Positions 1 through 9,713 of a stretch of 12,787 nucleotides of DNA are shown here, piece after piece. Source of the stretch: Octopus sinensis (lineage: Eukaryota); NCBI RefSeq assembly GCF_006345805.1, contig NW_021826481.1, forward strand, positions 1-12,787, in the 5' to 3' direction. The notes below the pieces were generated by a model, which was not told the origin of the DNA, did not search any database, and saw only the letters and a program-made list of their open reading frames with translations. The position numbers and the translations under genes were made by a program. Each line of letters starts with the position of its first letter. Position 1 is the stretch's first letter.

Positions 1-313
1 TGAATAATGCAGATTATCTGATCTGCATAGATGTATTAACTATTTATTCAGCTTACTTTGGTAGCTGATTTGTACCTTACGTAACCTGATTTTTTTAATG
101 ATGCTGTAAAATATCATCTTCAAATTTTTCAATGCTTTTGTTATGCGATGGGTTCTTGTATGTTCTGAAGCTAAATATCTCATATTAATAACACTCAAGC
201 TCTCCGCTCCCGATGAAATGACAGTAGATAATTAAAATGCAAAATGGGTTCAGTTTTTACCAGCAGATGTTCGGAAACGAATGATTTCGAATATTGGAAA
301 TTGGAGTCGTAAA

Positions 314-617
314 AATAACTTCACCTGCGCATCAAAGAATTTATTTTTATGCCGTTAGGTGAAGGGTGCCACAAAATCTATATAGGGCAGACTAGTCTTA
401 CCGTCAGAGATAGGATGACAGCCAAACGCCAACAATTGAGGGACCCCACCAAAAGCCAGATTTCACTTAGTGGCCACGTAGATCTCTCTGCACAAAACAA
501 GTCCACCAAATTCCTAGTTCTCCCACTGTACCCATGCCCAGACAACACCACTGACCAGCACGAATAAATAAGGAACATATACTTATTCAAAAACACAGAC
601 AACTCAACATACTCTAA
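314..617 (+). pseudogene. Frameshifted C-terminal GIY-YIG endonuclease of a Penelope-like retroelement (PLE)
   Basis: Reading across frameshifts gives NNFTCASKNLF / YAV / GEGCHKIYIGQTSLTVRDRMTAKRQQLRDPTKSQISLSGHVD...PLYPCPDNTTDQH / RINKEHILIQKHRQLNIL* (stop 615-617). This matches the PLE pattern FTCxSxNLIYxxxCxxCxxxYIGQTxxxxxxRxxxH...ExxxIxxxxxxLN. Frameshifts lie near 345-357 and 561; no RT is attached upstream. Confidence 0.85.
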
Positions 618-619
618 CA

Positions 620-1400
620 TACCCCAAGGTACACATCCACAACAAACATACAAACAGAATGCAAACCGCCCACACAAACACACACTCATACATATACACA
701 CACGCACAAACACAATATCTCGACAACCGAACACAAACCCACACACATTCCAAGAATAAACACATACATATATACACATGCAATACGATTCTAAAAATCC
801 CAATCAACACTCACAGACACACACACACATATGTAAACACGTACATGCACACACCTACACACTCCGCCCTGACAATTACAAGACACACTCACGCAAACAC
901 ACCCGCACATACAGAGATACACACACAAACACGCAAATACAACACCCTCACACACACACGCATATATTGACACATATGTACACACACAAACACAATATGT
1001 CCATTCCCCATTAAAAATCACACACACTCAAAGAAAAAATACACACATATATACACGCAATACAATGCCAATAATCACAACAAACACTCACAGACACACA
1101 CACATACATACACACACAAGCACGCACACACACACGTATATACACACGCACACACGCAGACTCACACATACACACACATGCGAACACACAGCACCCTGAC
1201 AAATACAAATCACACACATACACAAACGTGCACACATATACACGTACCAACCTGCAAAATATAAAACACACACATCCACACATAGACCGACATATACACA
1301 ACACTGAACTCTAAGACCAATTAAAAAATCCCCCACACACAAACACAAGCACATACACACACAAACACACGCATAGAAACGTGCACAGAGACACACACAC
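620..1400 (+). repeat. Degenerate CA-rich satellite with decayed higher-order repeat of about 280-330 bp
   Basis: Interrupted (CA)n tract with non-CA landmarks that recur in the same order (see findings). Confidence 0.8.
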
Positions 1401-1644
1401 ACTGGCACCATTTTGAACTCTGAGACCAGTCCCCAAAACCACTGAATCACTGGCCCAGAAACAAAAAAATCCCTTTGACTCCACAATGCTCTCCCCCATC
1501 AACCAACCTCCCACACTATTTTTAAAAATAGCAAACATTTCTTATACACATAAGAGATGAAGGATGGAAAGGTTGGTCATTCCCCTAAAATTCTGTACAA
1601 TATTTAAATATGATTCTTTCTGTATATAAGCTTCTATACAACAA

Positions 1645-1879
1645 TGATTTTTGATGAACTTAAAATAATTATAAATTTATTTTACTACCTAATACGAACA
1701 ATTTCATGTAAAGTGCTTAAGCAAAACGCCCCTCTTAACATTTTCTTATTATCAAAGACGGTATAACTGTATTTCAATACAATTACGATAACCATTTCTT
1801 AACACAACTAAGCTTATACAAAGCTTTACATTTTACTTTAGATAAACTTTTTTTTTTTAAAGTGAAACCGGTCAAGTCA
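1645..1879 (+). ncRNA. Degenerate type I hammerhead ribozyme with a 189-nt loop II
   Basis: Stem I UGAUUU (1645-1650)/AAGUCA (1874-1879); core UUGAUGA (1651-1657, C3 changed to U); stem II ACUUAAAA/UUUU-A-AAGU; GAAAC-CG-GUC (1864-1873). Confidence 0.45.
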
Positions 1880-2348
1880 ATTTTCAAACTCTACTTCCTA
1901 TATATTTTCACTCATGTGATACCTTGCAAGTTTACTTTGTTATATATATATATATATACAATTCATAATTAAGGGCAAACGAAAAAATTTCTAATGCCAG
2001 ATATGCCGAAAAATTGGACATATTGTCCATTAACCATATAATGTTTTCACAATATGCATGCTACTCGAAAAAAGGTCGACAGAAATTTCTAAAACATTCC
2101 ATTATTTCCATATCGGACCGATTTTAGGGTTAGCTTATAACAGCCCTCCCTTCGTCAGTGATACATGTGGCAAAAGAAATAAATGAGATACTTACTCATA
2201 CCCATGGAAGAAGCGAACACTAAGTCATGAGCACAATTAAGTACCCCAAATACATCCAAAATAGAAATACTCCAGCCCATTCGAGACACGTGCGATTTGA
2301 ACTAATGCTCTCACAGAGTGAAAGAGTCCGGAAGTGAACGCTTAAATT

Positions 2349-2767
<419 letters not shown>

Positions 2768-2777
2768 TTTCTCTCCA

Positions 2778-2935
2778 TCCTTGGCAACCAATGTTTGTTT
2801 AGTTACCGCTTCAGTAAAATCGACCGATATAAATACTAGGCTTAAGAAAATGCTGAGGTCGATTTGTTCGTCTAGAAATCTTCAAGTGAGAAATATAGGA
2901 CGGCTGCAGCCCAATGTCTGAGATATGTAAATGAC
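2778..2935 (+). mobile_element. Degenerate 3' half of an abundant Octopus-type SINE
   Basis: Blocks tccttggcaaccaatg, gaccgata, aatactaggctta, ggtcgatttgttcgtcta and ggctgcagcccaatgtctgagatatgtaaa occur in the order I recall for the 3' part of a common octopus SINE, which also follows a (GT)n tract. Recognition is from memory, not from a database search. Confidence 0.55.
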
Positions 2936-3504
2936 ACAGAACAAGAAAGTGAAATCAAATAAAACAACAGGGTTCTATAACAAGTCTTAGCTCTTTAGAA
3001 ATATTGAGAAAGACATCTCAAACAGATTGCTTTATCATTAAAATGGTGAAGCTGAAGCAATTTCTCACGTTCGACAGACAAAACATATCATAAGGTATTA
3101 TTTTCAGAAACGCATCAAAGCGAGAGACAAAAAGAAAATAATTTAAAAATGAAAATTAAATACGCGACGATATGATTTTTTTGTTAACCTCAACTTAAAA
3201 ATGCATTTCTCACTTTCTGTTGTAATGTTTGGTTTTATGTGCTGGGCTTGATATGAATATATTACTTACTGTGCTCATGTGTTGCGTGCATAGATTATGT
3301 GGTGATGTGACTGTATGGAGATGAGCATCTCTTATTTTCCTCCGATTCTCCGTTCTGCAAAAATAATTCACACAAAATGACGAATGCTCGAAAAGTCTAG
3401 GAGAAACCCTATGCAATGACTTGGGAACATATTGTAAGGCAAAGGAAATGTGTGTATATATGAGTTAAATACAGATATACGCGTACGTATATATACATAA
3501 TATA

Positions 3505-3508
3505 CACA

Positions 3509-3584
<76 letters not shown>

Positions 3585-3704
3585 ACACACACACGCATAT
3601 ATACATAAATACATACATACATATATGTACGTAGATATATATATATATATGTGTATATATATATATGTGTTTGTGCGTATATATATATATATACATATAT
3701 ATAT

Positions 3705-3775
<71 letters not shown>

Positions 3776-3828
3776 TAGATATAGATATATATGTGGTTTT
3801 TCTCTAATTTATATATATATATATATAT
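3505..3828. repeat. Compound (CA)n/(TA)n microsatellite block
   Basis: Seen directly. Confidence 0.95.
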
Positions 3829-4170
3829 AAATAGAGAAAAGCCACTATTATGCAATCCATAAACCCAATCATAAAAAAAAAAATAAAATATATTTTAAAT
3901 CATATAACTAGATCACTAAAAATACAAAAATAAATTAACAATATATAACAAGTAAAAAGACTATGATTATTATAACTTTTCTGACTCCATCCTATATGTT
4001 TGTAAGCATTTACAGTCTTCACTTTAACAAATGAAATGATTTTGATGAAATTTCAAATTCAGGCTGGAGGAAATTTTACCATCTTCATAAGAAGCGGCAA
4101 TAAATTCTATTCAAATCGTATTCACCAGCTACAAAAAAGGTAGTGAAACACACACTGCGATGACGCATTA

Positions 4171-4257
4171 CAGCCTGAAGATGGGCCTGGGAAAGTTTTT
4201 AAATTATTGTATATGCACGGGCTTCATTGCTTTAGAGAATCAGCTCGAAACTTGTAG
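4171..4257 (+). ncRNA. Defective hammerhead ribozyme relic (probable PLE 3'UTR/pLTR remnant)
   Basis: CUGAAGA (4175-4181)-U-GGGC...GCUC-GAAAC-UU-GUA (4243-4256). Stem I is reduced to 1 bp. AATAAA follows at about 4268 and 4298. Confidence 0.5.
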
Positions 4258-4444
4258 AAATATATAAAAATAAAAGCGTAGAAAATAACCATGTTTTCAA
4301 TAAAAAATACCTAAAAAATGTTCTCATAAAGCGAAGGCTTTAAATCTATAATATAACTACATTAAATTTATCTTAATGGTTCTAATAAGCTTTGTGATGT
4401 GCATAAAATATTTATATAATCAGATATAATAGATTATATCTGAT

Positions 4445-4545
4445 TGAAACAGTAGTTGCTTTAAGTGCTGTCCGCAGGCAGAAGGATAGGAAGGTTGATC
4501 TGTGATAAAGTCAACAAGTTATGAGTCCCAGTCGTCTAAATTATT
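4445..4545 (-). pseudogene. Possible Penelope-like RT N-terminal fragment
   Basis: Minus strand across a stop and frameshifts reads NNLDDWDS*LVDFITDQP / ILLPAD / KATTVSI, resembling the PLE motif NLxxEExxALxxLxxDxxIxILPADKGNATVV. Short and degenerate. Confidence 0.35.
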
Positions 4546-4793
4546 AAGATCCAGTCGAGTTTCCAGGGTGAGACAGCTAGGGTAAGAAGAAGGTGTCCCA
4601 GCAGCTAGCTATTAAATCATATAGTGATGAATGCCAAGTGATTATCGAAGTCGGTCTTGGCGGTATTGCAATCCAGAGTGCAAAGCAGCTGAACTAAAAC
4701 AGTGTGGCATTCAATGCCGCGCTCTGTGGACTCTGGTTGACTTAATGCATTTATATATATATTTATTTATTTATATATATATATTCATTTGTA

Positions 4794-5340
4794 TATGTGA
4801 ATATAATCAAAAAGGGTAATAATATAGATTACTACCAGTGGCCCAGCACAAAAGACGAATTAGTCATTAGACAAAATATTATTCATATAGAAAAATATTA
4901 TTCATGTAGAAATATAATTAAGGGCTCCTAAATAAGGATGCCAAGTGCTAGGGACACAAAAAGGGATAAATTTATCGAGAGTGAAAATCAAAAACATTTA
5001 CCGATAACGATACATCCCGGACTGATATCAGTTTCTACCTCTTTCTAGCAAAACAGACAGAATATGTTTGCTAAGGCCGGTTTCATCAGCGAGATGCCTA
5101 AGTACAATCGAGATGCGCAGCGCGTTAGACCATGCGTTGATCTAAACAACTTGCAGATCTTAACTTTTCAAATCTCTGCGCAGACGCAAAATCTGCCCGG
5201 CGCTATAGGGCATGCCGGGAAAAAATGTTACGAATAAATCCATCAAGTAGTATGTGAATATAATCAAAAATAGTAATAATATAGATTACTACCAGTGGCC
5301 CAGCATAAAAGTCGAATTGGTCATTAGACAAAATATTATT
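4794..5340 (-). mobile_element. Retrozyme-like or solo-pLTR-like unit: 457-bp period, 90-bp terminal direct repeats, internal hammerhead
   Basis: 4794-4883 and 5251-5340 match at 85 of 90 positions and enclose a GC-richer structured core with the HHR at 5012-5097. Confidence 0.6.
5012..5097 (-). ncRNA. Type I hammerhead ribozyme, near-canonical
   Basis: Minus-strand RNA: GCAUCUCG-CUGAUGA-A-ACC...UUAGCAAA...UUUGCUAG...GGU-A-GAA-ACUGAUAUCAGU-C/CGGGAUGU. Stem I 8 bp, palindromic stem III, GUC cleavage between 5020 and 5019. Only deviation: A.A at 10.1-11.1. Confidence 0.8.
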
Positions 5341-5669
5341 ATATATATTCATTTATATATATATACATATATATATAAATATATATATATATATTCCAAC
5401 ATATGTATGAATGTATGTATATATATATATGTATATATATTCCAACATATGTATGAATGCATGTATATATACATGTATATAAATATAATGTATATATATA
5501 TGTATGTATATGCGTATGCGCGTGTCAGTTGGGACATATCTAATACAGATACGTGGTTATTGTATATAGTTACAGAATCATATATACATATGTGTTTTAT
5601 GTATCTTTGCATAGCTTTATATGTATATATGTATAGATGTATTCACAACACACGAACATATATATATAT

Positions 5670-5702
<33 letters not shown>

Positions 5703-5760
5703 CTATATATATATATATATATATGTATGTGTATATATACATATATAAGCATATGTATAT
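5341..5760. repeat. Degenerate (TA)n/(TATG)n tract
   Basis: Seen directly. Confidence 0.9.
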
Positions 5761-6379
5761 AAAGTGGTAAATTACATATATTCGCTCCATCATAAGGATA
5801 TCGTCATTACTTCTGAATATGTGTATTTCTCTGACTATGCGTGTATGTATGTGCGTCTACATTCATGAGCGAGGCTGTGCGTGTGGCAAAGTTGAGATAC
5901 ATGGTACATTGTCTCAGGAGCATTAATGGAGAGTATTACATAAATATAATCGCAATTACATGGCTAGAGGTTCGTTGAACATCAGCTCAAATTTCAGAAA
6001 ATATAAAAATCAAACGAAAATAATTCAAAGTGGGAAGAAAAATAAATGGAAAATAAAGGAAATGTTTTTGTATGAAAACAGAGACATACGATGTAAATAA
6101 AACAATTATATTTACAACAGAGATAATAATTTTTTTGTCTATTACAACACTCTAATAGCTAATGGATACATAGCTTATCTGGTTACGCTCAACGACGGCG
6201 AACATTAGAATTGTGTTTCACGAAAATATGTGTAAATAGGTCAAGAAGACCTTGAATTGCTGAGAGCTGAAATTCCATTTTTAGCTTTTGCAAGGCAACA
6301 TTATACTCATTCTACCCAGTTTTTCTCTATTATGCAAACATTTCACTACGTAGAAAAATTTAATGCATCTTTAAGTTGA

Positions 6380-9180
6380 GGATGTGATGAAATCTAACGT
6401 TTAGAGCAAGAATCTTTTCAGAATTGGAGGATTCTAACCAAAACATTAGACGTCACCAATGTGTTTATTCTTTTCATGACAAACTAACAGTATATTTTGT
6501 GTAATATCTTTGCCAACTAAGCTGATCAGAAATTACGTTTGTATATTATAGATGTATTAACATTTTGATGTTGCTTATATTGTTATTCTTTAAATTAGGT
6601 GACATCTTTTTTACTCTTTGTGCAGACTACGATCAGAAGCAGTTTAAATTATACTTATATTATTATTGTTGTCGTCACTACTCACTCATTTCAGACTTGT
6701 CCAATCAGGACAATTATCAAAAGCAATTTAAAAGAAATTACCGATTTATTAATATCGTTGGTATTTTAAAACACGGATCAGTTCCGGAGGAACAGATCTA
6801 TGATTAAGATCAGTTTGAGCCATGATTATTAGGGTGTTGTCGATGCTGATTTTGTTTTCTTTGACGAAGATGAACATTGTCTGAAAAAAAGTATAAACAA
6901 CTACAACAACAATGTCCGGTTTTTTGTTGTAATTTTATACATTCAGCCCTGATTAAGATGAAATTACATTTCAACAGCTGTTGAAATTACATTTATCATA
7001 TCTTTTCTCTGACTCTGTAAATCTAACTCTAATGCGTCCTCCTTTTTCAGACGGTAGAGGGTCATTTGTAGGAGACTTGGAGTCTGTGGATATTTCGTCT
7101 TTGGTTTCTGTATTCGTGTTGACAAGTGTAGATTGTGGTGTATATAACTAGATCATGGCCTGTTATTTCGGTCTGGAAATTTAAATTGTGGGGCGGAGCA
7201 CAATGTGTATGATTTACTGCATTTTTGACCCCGAGAAAAAGATATGTGCTTTGCCAATTATCCAGAGCTTTTATTAGCAACTGCAATTACAAAACTATAT
7301 CAACTCAGCTAATTACCTTCTATAAATGCATTAAAAAGACTAACAAAATCTGATCAGTATTTCAGAAATTTATCACCGTTCTGTTTGAGCATACAGAAGA
7401 CAAATTTAACTGGGGCAGAATAAGCATGGCAAGGTAAAGTAAAATAGCTTCTTCTATTCTTCAGATTTACATTTGAGAAAAGATTCTTACACATCAATAT
7501 CCATTCTTGGACATCCGAAAGATCAGAAATGCAACAAAACTTTCAAGCATCTAGGTCAGATTGAAAGATGATCATATAGAAATGGCACATGGTATGAAAC
7601 TAACAAAACTCGACTAAGTCTAAAAACTCTATATAAAATATTTTTTATAGCTTCTTCATGATCTGCTTGGGCGGCTCTTTTCATGATATATTTATGCACG
7701 AGACAATTAAAAATGAACAAAAAATCTACTGAAATTAGTCATTATTCATTTTGTCCTTCTTTAGATATAATGTTTGGGAAAATCTAAAATTATCAAATTA
7801 GATATTAGCATTAGAAATAATTGACTTGTAATCCGACAGAGAAAAGAACATTAAATGTTAAGCACCAAAAATTATCCAGAATTTTATTAGCAACCGCAAT
7901 TACAATCAGATCAAAGTTGAGAAAAAAAATTCTTGAAAAGATAGTACGTCACTTGACTTTGAATCACACTCCCTCATCTTCAACAACAACAACAACAATG
8001 CTCTCAAATGCAATAGTACAAAAGGATGATGCAATACCTGAAATGTAATGGCTTCAAACATATAGGGAGAAAGAAAGCGGGAAAAAGTACAATTACTCAT
8101 TTTACCCCCTTACCAATTTTGCCCCACGCTTCTCTCATGATAAAGAAAAAAGTGTGAATGCAGGTTTTATAAAGGACAACTTATCTTGGTCAGACCTATA
8201 CTAAGCAGCTTGCAATTCTGGCAAATATACTTAATAACATACCTCCTGGTTTGGTAACTTACAAATATGTATCAAGATAATGTATACTTCACCAATGAGC
8301 AACAGAATACGAGAAAAAGAAAAACGACAAAACTTTCGTTTGTATGTAAGAGTAGATTTCAAATCATTACTCAATCACAAACCCAACAGTTTCCTTCTGC
8401 CAAAGTGCGATGAATTTTAGAAGTTAATCGGAATTTCCGTTTCAAGACGTGTATACATGGGGACACGCAATATCATCAAACTCTGACACAAATGGTTTGT
8501 GAAGTGAAATTCATAATACCGTAGCTACGGTATGTTCATATAAAATGTTAAAACTACACTTTTATTAGAGCTCATTAATCGACATGAAATCAAAAGATAT
8601 ATGATTACTATGTACAATCGTTGGAAATACAACAAAAACAAAAAACAATCGGAGGCTATCATTGATACCAACTGTCGTACGTTGCAGAGTTGTATAATCT
8701 TCCTTTTGTGTTGCTATTATTGTACTCTGAGTCAAGAAATGCTAAAAAAGAAGAATTTACGTTGAAGATGATGGCTGAAGTTTTGGCCTTCCCTTCTACT
8801 TTCGATTGAGATATTCCTGGTATGTCCTTGGCAAGTGTTGCAGCATTGTGTTGTCTACGTTGAAAAAGTTTATACAATAACTGCACAAAATTTCCGAAGA
8901 TTTTAATTGTATAGTTCAGTCCCTTTCAGTTGCTTTAGAATTTCCTTCCAGCACTGATACATTATTAGCCTGTTCTCAGCTTCAGGATCTCCTGTCATCG
9001 GACAGATTCACATGCCTTTATATTCAGAAACCCGCCAAAAATTCTAATATAGCTTAGTATTTGTCTAAGACGAGATATTTCAGGAAGACAGGACTTACAA
9101 ATCTAACAAGAGCAAGAACTGCATAGGCACTCCCTAACAGGCATATTGGCGATGGTTATAGTCCACATGTGCAGACTTAA
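6380..9180 (+). mobile_element. Ancient, heavily decayed RTE-type non-LTR retrotransposon ORF (RT and C-terminal domain)
   Basis: Motif remnants occur in the canonical RTE order: GCDEI..LFRIGG (6380-6431), NYRFINIV (6736), PEEQ (6784), IIQSF/IIQNF (7258, 7871), SHSLIFN (about 7960; cf. LSPLLFN), YQDN (8270; cf. YADD) followed by KLSFVCKS, YTWGHAISSN..SEIHN (8452; cf. YLGSxISSxG..EIxxRI), ELYNLPFVLLLLYSES (8687; cf. LYxACVLSVLLYGSE), ILGMSWQ-like (about 8815) and GLTNLTRA...NRHIWRWL-like (9091-9160). Many stops and frameshifts; boundaries are approximate. Confidence 0.6.
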
Positions 9181-9236
9181 CACATTTTCTGCCGTCTGAT
9201 TTCATTAGAAGATTCATGTAATATATTACAGAAGTC

Positions 9237-9309
9237 TGTATGTATGTATGTATGTATGTATGTATGTATGTATGTATGTATGTATGTATGATGTATGTAT
9301 GTATGTATG

Positions 9310-9340
<31 letters not shown>
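9237..9340. repeat. (TATG)n followed by (TA)n microsatellite
   Basis: Seen directly. Confidence 0.95.
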
Positions 9341-9655
9341 CTATACATGCATGCATACAAACACCATATAAATACATGTAGTAATATATACTACATGTGT
9401 GTGTATTTGTGTCTGTGTGTAAAACACAGAGAAGGCTAGACAAAGAGAGAGCAAAGAAGGGAAATGATTAAGAAATTTTCTCCTCATTATACAACAATCT
9501 CGAACATAATTGGCATCGTTAACTACGAAATTTCACTGACCGCTTCTACAATTATCAATTTCATGTAAGTAAATTTGTTTAAATAGATACTGAGAGCGAA
9601 ATAAAATATTGAGAAATAGAGTTACTATTGAAAATAGAATTATAAATATAGGGGC

Positions 9656-9658
<3 letters not shown>

Positions 9659-9710
<52 letters not shown>
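9659..9710. repeat. (TA)n microsatellite
   Basis: Seen directly; abuts the left end of the 260-bp HHR unit. Confidence 0.95.

Positions 9711-9713
<3 letters not shown>

Noticed and set aside
205-310. CCGAUGA...GGAAAC hammerhead-like spacing just upstream of the GIY-YIG fragment
   Set aside because: U4 is altered, the 10.1-11.1 pair is missing and no stem III/NUH forms in register; too many deviations.
4631-4819. 62-aa ORF with Cys pairs (YCNPEC...QCGIQC)
   Set aside because: Runs into a TA tract, matches no motif I recognise, and overlaps the antisense side of the possible PLE RT scrap region.
5196-5250. CCCGGC...GCCGGG hairpin as a second Helitron 3' end
   Set aside because: No CTRR terminus at the expected distance and no matching 5' TC end; better treated as part of the HHR unit.
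7440-7468. Minus-strand CUGAAGA followed by hairpin AAUAG/CUAUU
   Set aside because: Followed by UUAC instead of GAAA, with no stems I or III.
8659-8886. 75-aa minus-strand ORF that looks protein-like
   Set aside because: It is the antisense shadow of the plus-strand RTE frame (ELYNLPFVLLLLYSES...).
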